Source: a virus (Duplodnaviria > Caudoviricetes). Taken from it: a stretch of DNA of 26,075 nt. The DNA lies in IMG/VR virus record IMGVR_UViG_3300025368_000021, positions 1 through 26,075 of that record. The stretch is one strand, 5' to 3'. The notes beneath the pieces are model-generated. The model saw only the letters and a list, made by a program, of their open reading frames with translations, had not been told where the DNA came from and made no database searches. How positions within the stretch are numbered: the first letter of the stretch is position 1; each line of letters opens with the position of its first letter. Both the position numbers and the translations under genes were made by a program. Positions 1-8,825 of this stretch are shown here, one piece after another.

Positions 1-2
1 AT

Positions 3-413
3 CATAGGAGCCTGAGCAGGAGCCTGCACAGCCGATTTGCCGCCCAAATTTGTAGGCATACCTTGGCTGGCATGGCCTTGGGAAGCCATTTGGCCTACGC
101 CCGGCCCTGTGGGTTGCGATGGCATGAAAGGCATCTGGTAAGCCATGCCCGTGTTCATCTGGTTCATTTGGCTGGCCTGCTTAGACGGCAGGGAGGCCTG
201 TGCTTGGCTCTGCATGGCATGCGCTATGTCGGTCGTAGGCTGCTGTAAAGAAGCCGTTTGCATTTGATTGCCCGGGATGTTGGGCATGGCAGGCTGCATT
301 ACCTGCGTCCCCGGCGACATAGCACCGCCAAAAATGCCTGTATTAGCTACGTTAGATAGCTGGCTGGCTAATTGTCCCGTGGGGGGTATGCTGGTTGATG
401 TTTTGCCGCCCAT
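3..413 (-). CDS. 3'-truncated Gln/Met/Pro-rich protein starting MGGKTSTSIPPTGQLASQ; possible internal virion/ejection protein
   Basis: Absent from the ORF track because it runs off the window. ATG at 413-411 is preceded by TAAGGA(ATACTC), and the frame stays open to the window edge. It lies downstream of the nozzle gene, where podovirus ejection proteins are usually encoded. Confidence 0.75.
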   Translation of the reverse strand, partial: MGGKTSTSIPPTGQLASQLSNVANTGIFGGAMSPGTQVMQPAMPNIPGNQMQTASLQQPTTDIAHAMQSQAQASLPSKQASQMNQMNTGMAYQMPFMPSQPTGPGVGQMASQGHASQGMPTNLGGKSAVQAPAQAPM

Positions 414-422
414 GAGTATTCC

Positions 423-791
423 TTAGCTATAACTGATAGAGACAATCTGCCCGGTGCCGGGAACGACTAAAATGCCCGTACTGACTGGAAAGTTAACAAA
501 TTGAAAGCCGACCGTATTGGGAATAATAAAAATAGGGTTTTTATTAGCCGAATTACTGTCGTAAATCACGCCCTCTGTGCTACCCGCCGTCAAAATGCTT
601 ACCGTAGCAATTCGACCAGCGGTCTTTTTGACGATTGTAGAGGCTGAAATGTTGGTCAAATTGGTTTGACCCTGAACATTCAAATACGCCTGATAGGCGT
701 TATTTAACGCCGTTACGATATTCTTAGTAGCGGTTAAAATATCCGATAGCGATACGCTAGCGGCTGGCGGTGGAGTTGTTGGCGAGGCCAT
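423..791 (-). CDS. Hypothetical virion protein, 122 aa (N-terminal helix plus small beta domain)
   Basis: ORF track; TAATG stop/start overlap with the nozzle gene at 791. Confidence 0.8.
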   Translation of the reverse strand: MASPTTPPPAASVSLSDILTATKNIVTALNNAYQAYLNVQGQTNLTNISASTIVKKTAGRIATVSILTAGSTEGVIYDSNSANKNPIFIIPNTVGFQFVNFPVSTGILVVPGTGQIVSISYS

Positions 792-3127
792 TAGTATTTA
801 CCGTCCTGTTGGAAGCGATAGCGCATATTACCTATACGCCAAAAGCTGTTGAGATCTTGGCTTTCTAGTTGTATAGAAACCAATCGGCCGCGAATGCGGG
901 GCGAGATCCATTCGGTATTGACGGTCAATGGATACGGGCCGTAGGCCGTAGGCGTTTGTCCCGGATAGTCCGTAACGTAAAACGTCAGATTAACCGTTGC
1001 GTTCTGATCGCCACCGTAAAGCCCCCACTTCATGTCAGGCCATACTTGGTCAATAAAGGTCTTAACGTCAGCATCCGATAGCGTGAAATAACCGCTTCTA
1101 AAGCTGGACACCATCGGCGAATTGTCTGCATTGAACAGGTAATTCCCGTTCTGCTCTTCGTGCTGGTAAAGATACAGCGCACCGGGATCAAAGCCGATCG
1201 GCGCACCGACTACAGACTGATCCACCCAAGCCGATCGAGCCAGAGTGCCAAAGTCCCACTCCTGCAGGACGACATTGAGCTTGGCATAGGCGTTTATCTC
1301 GCCGCCATCGGTAATGGTGGGGTAGTACCAAGTGATTTCGCCGAACCGAGAGTTCACTGCTACGCGAATTTTCTGCAGGTTAGTCTGGTCTAGGTCTTGG
1401 AAAATAACGTCCCAGATCGGACAGAAAACCGGCTGGACACCGTTGCTGGTCAGATTAAAGAACTGGCTAGGCCCCATCCAGTAAACAACACCGTTGATAC
1501 TGGCGGCCGCCTTCTGAGCAATGAGCCCGCATCCTGTGCCAATCTCGTTAAACGAATAGACGTAGGGCGGTCCAATATATTGCATTGACCAGCAGCTAAT
1601 ATCGGTCCAAATGAGGGTCTGTTGAGGGCCTTGGATACCGCCCACAATGCGCGATCCTTTAGGGATTCGGTACGATCCGGCCTGATTAATAACGGTCGGT
1701 ATCCATGAGTTAAAGTTATTAACGTCACACCAACTAATTAAAAGGGGATCTAAAATGCCTGTCTGGGTGCTGCCATAGGCAATAATTTGCCTTTGGGGCA
1801 TGGCCACAAAAACTCCGGTATTGACCGGAGGTGCCTGAGGAATGATGGTTGCCGTAGGGCTAGACCCTGAACCATTCCATTGATAGATAGGCTGAAAAGG
1901 CGTGTTAAAGACCGCTATCTGGCCACCCATAGCGGCTAAAGATCCGGTAGCTGACGAAGCAAAAGAAACCGAATTAGTGCTTGATGCGGTTACAACATAC
2001 GACCCGTTATACGTTATTGGCGTAATGCCAGACACCACAATTTGCGAACCTACGCTAACCGGGTAGCTCTGTGAAAAGGTCACTGTTGCCGTGCTTCCAG
2101 TCCCTGAGACGGCCGTAACATTTAAAATGGGCTGCGGCGTCTGTGGGCAGGCAATTAAAATCTCGCCCCAGTTGTCTAACGTCCAGTCGGTGGCTGATAT
2201 AGGGTTGCCGGTAATAGGGTTTACCGAAGAACCTGTTCCGTAGCCTCCTGCACCGTACTCACCTACGCCGTAGCCCGTCCCGGCAGGAACAGCGCCTACG
2301 CCAAAGCTAAAAATGAATCGGCCAAGGTTGCCGTTGATGTAAACACTAGTGCCAGCAACCGCTACCGCATTGCCTTGAATGGTAAAGCTGTTGCCATCGT
2401 TGGAGACGCTTTGGACAATGTAATTGCCGTAGATCGTCAAATTACCCAGCGCCGTAGGAACTAAGCACGGATAAGTGCTTCCGACTGAATAGCCGTGGTT
2501 GGCAAGGGCCACTGTAACAATGCTAGACCCGGTAGTGCTGGTAAATTGAGCTAAGTCTCCGCCGGTCGTGCTAGACGTTGGCGGGTTAGGGTTGCCTAAA
2601 ATATCAACCGAATAGATCGTAAAACTATCACTGCTGATGTACCCGTCTTGATCGCAGGCATACGAGCCAAACAGAATAATGCCGCCTACACTGATATGAG
2701 TGGCGATATAAACCGAGTCGTAGTTAGTAATGCCTTCGACATCGGTGTTAGTCAGAACCACCAAAGGATTGCCTGCCGTCGTAGTGACGCTAGGGGCACT
2801 ATTGTCAGTGACTGAAGTTGGCGTGATATCAATTAACGTGCCGTTGGTAATAACCCCTAATTCAGTAACATAGTTGGAATCGTTCTGTGTGCCAAAGGCC
2901 AAATGGGACGCTGCTTGGGTGTCTTCCCACGCCCACAGGGCACGAACAATTCGGGTGATTTGCTCAGGGTAAAATTTAGCCCAGCCGCCAAGCTTTTGAA
3001 CCAGACCCACGCCGTTCTTGTCTGGAATAAACCGAATAAGCTGGGATTGGGATATGCCAGTTTCGTTTAATGCCGGTGTCTCGTTTTGATCAACGCCCGG
3101 CCGTAATTTGATCGATGCATGAGGCAT
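791..3127 (-). CDS. Tail nozzle / packaged-DNA stabilisation protein (P22 gp10 / tail tubular protein B-like) with inserted FCCH-like beta domains
   Basis: 778 aa; N-terminal IKLRPGVD, GYGxGxYGxGGYG loop, WTLDNWGE, LISWCD, IGTGCGLI, VYWMG, EITWYYP and C-terminal PRIRGRLVSIQLES...WRIGNMRY motifs; GAGG SD. Confidence 0.75.
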   Translation of the reverse strand: MPHASIKLRPGVDQNETPALNETGISQSQLIRFIPDKNGVGLVQKLGGWAKFYPEQITRIVRALWAWEDTQAASHLAFGTQNDSNYVTELGVITNGTLIDITPTSVTDNSAPSVTTTAGNPLVVLTNTDVEGITNYDSVYIATHISVGGIILFGSYACDQDGYISSDSFTIYSVDILGNPNPPTSSTTGGDLAQFTSTTGSSIVTVALANHGYSVGSTYPCLVPTALGNLTIYGNYIVQSVSNDGNSFTIQGNAVAVAGTSVYINGNLGRFIFSFGVGAVPAGTGYGVGEYGAGGYGTGSSVNPITGNPISATDWTLDNWGEILIACPQTPQPILNVTAVSGTGSTATVTFSQSYPVSVGSQIVVSGITPITYNGSYVVTASSTNSVSFASSATGSLAAMGGQIAVFNTPFQPIYQWNGSGSSPTATIIPQAPPVNTGVFVAMPQRQIIAYGSTQTGILDPLLISWCDVNNFNSWIPTVINQAGSYRIPKGSRIVGGIQGPQQTLIWTDISCWSMQYIGPPYVYSFNEIGTGCGLIAQKAAASINGVVYWMGPSQFFNLTSNGVQPVFCPIWDVIFQDLDQTNLQKIRVAVNSRFGEITWYYPTITDGGEINAYAKLNVVLQEWDFGTLARSAWVDQSVVGAPIGFDPGALYLYQHEEQNGNYLFNADNSPMVSSFRSGYFTLSDADVKTFIDQVWPDMKWGLYGGDQNATVNLTFYVTDYPGQTPTAYGPYPLTVNTEWISPRIRGRLVSIQLESQDLNSFWRIGNMRYRFQQDGKY

Positions 3128-3133
3128 GTTTCA

Positions 3134-3940
3134 TTACCTCGTAGGCGTCGCAGCAGGGGAATTAGAACGAGACGACCAAGCAGAAGCCTCAAACTTCTTG
3201 CGGTACTCTTCGTTAACTGCTCCGGTTAGCAGGACTTGATACTGAGACTCATAGCTTTGAGCCATCGAAGGATCGTCGCTTAAACGGCCAAAGTTACGCT
3301 GGTAGGCGCTGATATAAATCATGCTGGCCATAATCAGCATATCCGGCAGATAGGTGCTAATAAAGGTTGTGCTGGTTGCAGCCTGCGATGGGTTGGTGCT
3401 GTATTCGTATAGCGTTGGCATACGAATGGTGCCGGTAATCTGTACTGGGTAATTTTTATCGGGGATCGGGCCTAAAAGTATATTATTAAACTGATCGCCC
3501 CCAGTACTAAGATCGCCTCCAAAAAGAGCAAAATATTGTGGTGGTCCATAAGTAGTCGTATCAATAGAGTAAGCGTAGACGTTTTGGATAAATTCTTTGG
3601 TTGATGCTAAAAGCGGCGGCAAGATGGGTGTAATCGAGCCGCTACCAAAAGAGCCGGTAATAGTTTGAATCGTGACAAAGTCATTAATTGAAATCTGAAG
3701 CTGTTGAGAACCCGCCGTCAGGGCGTAGGTGTTGCTCGTAACTAAATTAAGAAGGTCTAAATCGCGCTGAATTCGCAACTCAGCATAATTTAGCATTTGC
3801 GGAATAATGACGTTAAACGCCGGATCCACCCCCGAAACAATGCCGGTGGTGGAGTCTGCTACCGTATTAACAACCGCCATAGTCCCGATTTGGGTGACGT
3901 AACTGTTGTACGTTAGCGGTGTGGTATTCGGCGTAGACAT
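3134..3940 (-). CDS. Head-tail adaptor-like protein (paralogue 2), 268 aa
   Basis: LTYNSYV...AELRIQRDL...GPPQYFA...LLGPIPDKNY...TFISTYLPDMLIMASM pattern of podoviral adaptor-like proteins; immediately upstream of the nozzle; AAGGA SD. Confidence 0.6.
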   Translation of the reverse strand: MSTPNTTPLTYNSYVTQIGTMAVVNTVADSTTGIVSGVDPAFNVIIPQMLNYAELRIQRDLDLLNLVTSNTYALTAGSQQLQISINDFVTIQTITGSFGSGSITPILPPLLASTKEFIQNVYAYSIDTTTYGPPQYFALFGGDLSTGGDQFNNILLGPIPDKNYPVQITGTIRMPTLYEYSTNPSQAATSTTFISTYLPDMLIMASMIYISAYQRNFGRLSDDPSMAQSYESQYQVLLTGAVNEEYRKKFEASAWSSRSNSPAATPTR

Positions 3941-3942
3941 GT

Positions 3943-4416
3943 CTATTCCTTAGTAGGGATCAAATTCTCTGCTTTCTGAAGCCTGCAGGAAGCCACTAGC
4001 CGGTCTGCAGCGGCAGCAAGCATATCGAGGCTTGATCCGATGTCGGGGCCGACAGAATGCATCTCAGGGCCTCGCTGAACGCTCCCTCCTTCGGTAGCAC
4101 CAGAAGCGCCGGAAGGGGCGCTTGAGGGCACGGCTGGGGCTTTGGGGGCTGAGAGGCACAGCCGGATAGGCCCAATAGGATGAGCAGCGAGGCCGTCCTG
4201 CAGGCTTGCCAGTTCTTTCTGGTAGTCAGCTTGGGCTGCTTCATATTTACCCCTCCATGAGTCTTCAATGGCCGTTTTTCTTTGCTCTGCCTTTTGGAAG
4301 GCAGTTGCATCTTGGATCTGGACTTCTTTTTGGCCAGCCGTATACCCGAAATGATACGACAAAATCAATAAGATTATGGAAAAAATAGCCCCCGCGCCGT
4401 AAAGATAGATTTTCAT
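3943..4416 (-). CDS. Rz: i-spanin (Rz-like)
   Basis: Single N-terminal TM helix, coiled-coil periplasmic part, IRL motif and a C-terminal Cys; last gene of the lysis cassette; contains a nested lipoprotein ORF. Confidence 0.85.
   Translation of the reverse strand: MKIYLYGAGAIFSIILLILSYHFGYTAGQKEVQIQDATAFQKAEQRKTAIEDSWRGKYEAAQADYQKELASLQDGLAAHPIGPIRLCLSAPKAPAVPSSAPSGASGATEGGSVQRGPEMHSVGPDIGSSLDMLAAAADRLVASCRLQKAENLIPTKE
3996..4244 (-). CDS. Rz1: o-spanin lipoprotein (Rz1-like), 82 aa, fully embedded in Rz in another frame
   Basis: ATG at 4244 preceded by GGAGGGGTAAAT; MKQPKLTTRKNWQACRTASLLILLGLSG-C lipobox, then Pro-rich ASQPPKPQPCPQAPLP. Start revised from the track's 4310. Confidence 0.85.
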   Translation of the reverse strand: MKQPKLTTRKNWQACRTASLLILLGLSGCASQPPKPQPCPQAPLPALLVLPKEGAFSEALRCILSAPTSDQASICLLPLQTG

Positions 4417-4634
4417 TGGGGTGTATTAATTTCGCGCCGGACTCGCGCCCAGATGGCCACAAAGCCCAACCCGGCTAAAATTAGGTGGTGGTACGTCTCC
4501 GGGATAATTAATTTGACCTGCTCCCAGTAGGGGTAGACCGCATCTGGAAGTAAGGCAAACGCTGATATTAAAAGGGCAACGTAAGTAGTCATTTTGTTTT
4601 TTGCTAGAGAGCAAAGTTTTTTTAAGTAGTTCAC
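4413..4634 (-). CDS. Putative holin, 73 aa, two TM segments
   Basis: Two hydrophobic helices (YVALLISAFALL; LILAGLGFVAIW) and a basic C-tail (RVRRE); 4-nt overlaps with endolysin and Rz; GTG start. Confidence 0.65.
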   Translation of the reverse strand: MNYLKKLCSLAKNKMTTYVALLISAFALLPDAVYPYWEQVKLIIPETYHHLILAGLGFVAIWARVRREINTPQ

Positions 4635-5044
4635 ATTTCCCCCGTCAATAAAATGTTAGCCAACAACTTGTACCGATAAGGCAGTTCTTTAGCCGCCGCT
4701 GAGGCCAATAGGCCGTCATGCGCTGCTTGCCAATCTTTGGCTTCAACAGCCGCCAAGGTGTTGTGGAATTTTAAAAGCCCTTGGACGCCAATGTTAAAAG
4801 CCACATCTAAAAGAACCGATGCCCGAACATCATCCAACCCTTGCATAAAGGGCTGGGCTGATAATTGAGATTTTATTTCTTCTACTTGAGCCTGCAATAA
4901 TGCAGTGGCCGCATAAACGCTAATGCCTGCGCCTACATTAAAGCCATAGCCCAAAGTTTTATTGCCATCAATGTCATCATAAGCCCGGCTTCTAAAGCCT
5001 TCTTCAATTTTCAGCCGCTGAATGGCAATATCAATGTCGCTCAT
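4631..5044 (-). CDS. Endolysin, T4-type lysozyme (GH24), 137 aa
   Basis: E-x8-D-x5-T catalytic triad in EEGFRSRAYDDIDGNKTLGYG; downstream LLDVAFNIG...F motif; no signal or SAR sequence. Confidence 0.92.
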   Translation of the reverse strand: MSDIDIAIQRLKIEEGFRSRAYDDIDGNKTLGYGFNVGAGISVYAATALLQAQVEEIKSQLSAQPFMQGLDDVRASVLLDVAFNIGVQGLLKFHNTLAAVEAKDWQAAHDGLLASAAAKELPYRYKLLANILLTGEM

Positions 5045-5274
5045 TTTCCGCCCACAAAGCTATGAAGGACATGCGTTATTAGTGCGCCCATCAAGCTGCT
5101 TAAACTAATTAACGTGGCAATAGCGCCTTTACTGTGTTGCATAGAAGATGAAATTTCATCAACTTTCGAGACTAAAGATTCAACGGCAAGCGTTAAATGC
5201 TGCACTTCAGAATTAAGGCGAGCATTGCTAACCTTTAAGTCAAGAATATGATTTTGGATAGCATTCTCGTCCAC
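5041..5274 (-). CDS. Small coiled-coil protein with C-terminal TM helix (holin/XhlA-like lysis accessory), 77 aa
   Basis: GTG start with GGAG SD; heptad region then KGAIATLISLSSLMGALITHVL; ATGA overlap with the endolysin. Confidence 0.6.
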   Translation of the reverse strand: MDENAIQNHILDLKVSNARLNSEVQHLTLAVESLVSKVDEISSSMQHSKGAIATLISLSSLMGALITHVLHSFVGGK

Positions 5275-5285
5275 GATTTACTCCG

Positions 5286-6635
5286 TTAAATAGCTGATAT
5301 TCTTATTTCAGCGGGTGGATCATTGGTTATGGTTACTGAGCCAGACCCCACAGAAAGCCAAACTTGGACTTGATCTCCGCCAGTTAAATTCAAAATAGCC
5401 GATGTGCTTAAAGTGTAAGAATCAGCATTAACCGTTGCTGGAAGGCTAACAGTTCCAATTTGCTGCCCAACCCCGTTAACCAAAAAATATAAGGATAAAG
5501 AAGATCCGTTAGCAGTAATGGGGACAGAAGTAGTTACTGAATATATTCCGCTAGTTGGAACTGAAACCGAAGACCCGGTAAAGTTAATGCCTCCTTGATA
5601 AAAATAATAAGAGTCCCAAGAAATTGGATTTGATATTGTTGCGCTAGCTGAGGTACTAGCATAAATACCAGCAGCAGGAGCAGTTCCCGCAATGGCAACT
5701 CCGTTAATATAAAAACCAGTGGCATTAATAGATCCGTTAGAAAGAACTTCAGTTCCTGTGGCCGCACCAACTTGAATTGCCCCGCTTGATCCAAAAATGC
5801 TTAAAGCAGGTTGCGGAACAGATCCTGTTGCAGTTGAAATTTGAAAAACAGAATAGGCACTTTCTTTCGCAGCAGAGATAGAGTAAGCCGACCCGCCGCC
5901 TTGAATAAGAAAAGTAAAAGATTGTCCAGAAATAGGATTAACAAAAACAACATCTGGTGATGAGGTTGAATTGTTATAACCCTGAACATTTAAAGCTGTT
6001 GATATTGATGCGTCATACCCAAAAATATCTAAAGAAGGTGTTAAGGAATTTGTCGCAACAACGGCGGAATTTCCTAATTTAACACCGCCCGTTGGTGACC
6101 CTCCTGCTGGCGTATATAAAGAATTAACTGAGGTTCCGGTGAAAGTTCCGCCACCCCCATTAAATTGAATAGACCCGGTAGGCCCTCCGGGAGTTCCGCC
6201 CCCTCCGCCGCCGCCAGATGCATTGATTGTTTGATTAGGCCAGCTTCCCGTGATGGTGACGTTAGTCCCTGCTACTAATGCCGGGGTGGAAGTTCCTGTA
6301 CCGCCGCTGGCTACGGGTAAAATGCCGTCAAAACCTACCGTGACGTTGCCTGTCCCGCCTGAAGGTGATACAGCAATATTGGGACCTGCGGTTATCTGAG
6401 TAACTCCGCCGCCTCCGCCTCCGCCAGTTGCGTTAATCGTTACTACCCCTACGCCGCTGGTAGGGCTGATAGTGACATTAGTTCCCGCCACAATCTGAGA
6501 AACGCCTGCAATACCGCTGCCAGCGATTAAGGACGCTGGAATTCTAACCGTCGTACCATTTTGCACGGCAGGAATTTGCTCTGTGCCAGTAATGGAGATG
6601 GCGGCTGGAAGATTTAAAATAGGTATGTTTGACAT
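5286..6635 (-). CDS. Tail fibre protein, 449 aa, with C-terminal C1q/BclA-like head
   Basis: N-terminal ILNLPA...TEQIP anchor; Gly/Thr-rich shaft repeats; C-terminal VPTSGIYSVT...LNLTGGDQVQV pattern. Confidence 0.8.
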   Translation of the reverse strand: MSNIPILNLPAAISITGTEQIPAVQNGTTVRIPASLIAGSGIAGVSQIVAGTNVTISPTSGVGVVTINATGGGGGGGVTQITAGPNIAVSPSGGTGNVTVGFDGILPVASGGTGTSTPALVAGTNVTITGSWPNQTINASGGGGGGGTPGGPTGSIQFNGGGGTFTGTSVNSLYTPAGGSPTGGVKLGNSAVVATNSLTPSLDIFGYDASISTALNVQGYNNSTSSPDVVFVNPISGQSFTFLIQGGGSAYSISAAKESAYSVFQISTATGSVPQPALSIFGSSGAIQVGAATGTEVLSNGSINATGFYINGVAIAGTAPAAGIYASTSASATISNPISWDSYYFYQGGINFTGSSVSVPTSGIYSVTTSVPITANGSSLSLYFLVNGVGQQIGTVSLPATVNADSYTLSTSAILNLTGGDQVQVWLSVGSGSVTITNDPPAEIRISAI

Positions 6636-6643
6636 TTTAATTA

Positions 6644-8794
6644 TTACCCGCCAAGTAAAGAAATTCCAAAATATTGAGTTGCTTCAACAAGCACATCCCC
6701 TGACGTATTGCCTTCAAAAGTGGCTATCATTTCAACGTAATCACCTGCATTTAATTGAACAATTGCAGATCCCAAATTTACATGACTTGATGTTGTGATG
6801 TTGCTAAGGTAGCCGTAAGGGAAAATAGCTGATACATGGAAATAATCTCCATTAACTGCAAAATAGCTTTCACTTAAAAAAGCCCCAGTAGCCGTGGTTG
6901 GAACCCATCTATATCCCCCAGTTAATAAATAAATTCCAGATACGCTAACCGTAAATCTTGATGGATTTGAATTGTTGTAATAACTATTAGTGTCAAAGAT
7001 AGGGCTATTTGAACTTCCAGATCCAGTAATATAAGGAACAATAATAGCAACAGGCCCTGACGTATAAGTAGGAGATCCTCCCGTTGCCGTGCTGACTGCG
7101 ATGGTTTGAACAGTCCCTGATGTTTCTGTTGTATTGGCTAACAAAGCTCCACTGCTAGCTCCACCCGTTGGCGTAGCCCATGTTGTAACGCCTGATCCGT
7201 TATTGGTCAAAACTTGCCCGGCTGATCCCGCAGTAGTGGGTAAAACAAATTGATAATCGGCCGCTGTAGATCCTGCATTTAAAGTAATAACGTAAGGCGT
7301 AGATGCATTGGCTAATTTAAGCAGACCGGTATTGGTTCCGCTGTTTGGAACGCCAACGTATACGCCATTTTGTGCAACAACATAGCCAGTGCTGGTCGCA
7401 TCAACGCCAAAGGGAGCCGTAGGTAGTCCTCCACCGGAAAATAGCGAACCGTCAACCTGAATGCTAGCTACTGGAGTTGAAAACGAACTAACGGTAAACA
7501 TCATAGTCCCGCCGCCGCCGTTCCATTTATTTTCTAACCCTACGGTTTTATCTTGCCCACCTACTGTACCGCCCCATACGTCACCCGATACGCAACTCAT
7601 GAAGATCGCGCCGCCATAAGCATCTTCAGAACCGCTGTAATAATAACGGCCAACAGTCAGCGAGCCGGTGCCATGATCTTGTCCAAAGGTAGTGTTATAA
7701 ACGCCGCCATCCGCGCCTTGTGCAAGGCTGGCTCCAGCAAAGCTGCCGCTATTATTGTATTGCAGGGTTAAAGATGCGCCGCCCGGAGAGCCGCCACCGC
7801 CGCCCGTGCTTACCGCTACGCCATTGACGTAAAGACCTGTGGCATTGAGGGTTCCTAGACCTTTATCGCCGCCCGTCGGAGCGCCCACTTGCACACCGCC
7901 GTCGTTAGAGATAACCATAGCGGCAGAAATCGAAGCAATTTCACCGGCACTCCCATTGGGCATAACATAAAAAGTACAAGTACCGTTGTTCATATTGAGC
8001 AACGTGCCGCCGCCTGTGTTGATAAATCTCCAATAGGTATTGTCGTAATATATGTTATTAGTAAAGTGAGTGTTGTTGGGTCCGCCGTAATACCCAGACC
8101 AAATAGCTGCTGTACTGCCTACCTGAAGAATTGAGGCGGGGAAGTATGAATTACCAGACCATGACGTATTAGCGGCTTGACCTATACCAACTTGAATGTT
8201 GTTGCCTGAGCCATACGCTGGTGCAGCGTAATAAATAGACGCGCCGCCAAAAGCCCCGCTATTATTAAACTGTAATTGCCCACTAGAGCCACCGGGGGAG
8301 CCGCCACCACCACCAGAAGAGTTAATAGTTTGATTCGGCCAAGTACCTGAAATGCTTACGTTGGTTCCTGCGACTAATGAAGGTGTTGTAGTCCCGGTTC
8401 CGCCATTAACCACCGGCAATGTGCCGGTAACCTGCGAAGCCAAATTAACCCCTGATAAAGCGCCTCCCAGCGTTAAGCTGCCGCTAGAAGTGACCGTTCC
8501 GCTTAACGTCAAACCATTGACTGTTCCGGTTCCGCTTACTGAAGTAACCGTACCGCCGCCGCCGCCGCCGCCGGTTGCGTTAATCGTAACAACGCCCGTG
8601 CCGCCACTAGGTGAAATCGTGACATTGCTACCCGCAACAATTTGAGAAACCACATTGCCTGAGCTACTAACGTAAGAAGCCAGACCGGCCGGGGTAATTT
8701 GGTAGTTACTGCCGGATCGGGCAATAGGGATAGAATCCGTCCCTTGAGGCGGATCACCAGCGGGTAAACCAGAGAAAGTCTGTGTTGTAGTCAT
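6644..8794 (-). CDS. Tail fibre protein, 716 aa, with C-terminal C1q-like head
   Basis: FSGLPA...TDSIPIAR anchor; GTVTSVSGTGTVNGLTLSGTVTSSGSLTLGG and LPVVNGGTG fibre repeats; poly-Gly hinges; C-terminal RFTVSVSGIYLL...VQLNAGDYVE. Confidence 0.85.
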   Translation of the reverse strand: MTTTQTFSGLPAGDPPQGTDSIPIARSGSNYQITPAGLASYVSSSGNVVSQIVAGSNVTISPSGGTGVVTINATGGGGGGGTVTSVSGTGTVNGLTLSGTVTSSGSLTLGGALSGVNLASQVTGTLPVVNGGTGTTTPSLVAGTNVSISGTWPNQTINSSGGGGGSPGGSSGQLQFNNSGAFGGASIYYAAPAYGSGNNIQVGIGQAANTSWSGNSYFPASILQVGSTAAIWSGYYGGPNNTHFTNNIYYDNTYWRFINTGGGTLLNMNNGTCTFYVMPNGSAGEIASISAAMVISNDGGVQVGAPTGGDKGLGTLNATGLYVNGVAVSTGGGGGSPGGASLTLQYNNSGSFAGASLAQGADGGVYNTTFGQDHGTGSLTVGRYYYSGSEDAYGGAIFMSCVSGDVWGGTVGGQDKTVGLENKWNGGGGTMMFTVSSFSTPVASIQVDGSLFSGGGLPTAPFGVDATSTGYVVAQNGVYVGVPNSGTNTGLLKLANASTPYVITLNAGSTAADYQFVLPTTAGSAGQVLTNNGSGVTTWATPTGGASSGALLANTTETSGTVQTIAVSTATGGSPTYTSGPVAIIVPYITGSGSSNSPIFDTNSYYNNSNPSRFTVSVSGIYLLTGGYRWVPTTATGAFLSESYFAVNGDYFHVSAIFPYGYLSNITTSSHVNLGSAIVQLNAGDYVEMIATFEGNTSGDVLVEATQYFGISLLGG
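8553..8573. repeat. (CCG)7 trinucleotide repeat encoding a poly-Gly hinge
   Basis: Directly visible: ccgccgccgccgccgccgccg. Confidence 0.9.
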
Positions 8795-8825
8795 AGTTAG
8801 GCTACCGTTATTTCTTTAAAAGCAT

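Noticed and set aside
4590-4634. Dual-start holin/antiholin (GTG 4634 versus internal ATG of MTTY)
   Set aside because: No SD precedes the internal ATG and the spacing differs from the lambda S Met-Lys-Met arrangement; unsupported.
5286-8794. Diversity-generating retroelement or invertible tail-fibre cassette
   Set aside because: No reverse transcriptase or invertase, no near-identical TR/VR pair with adenine-specific differences and no inverted gene copies were seen; shared modules are diverged at synonymous sites.
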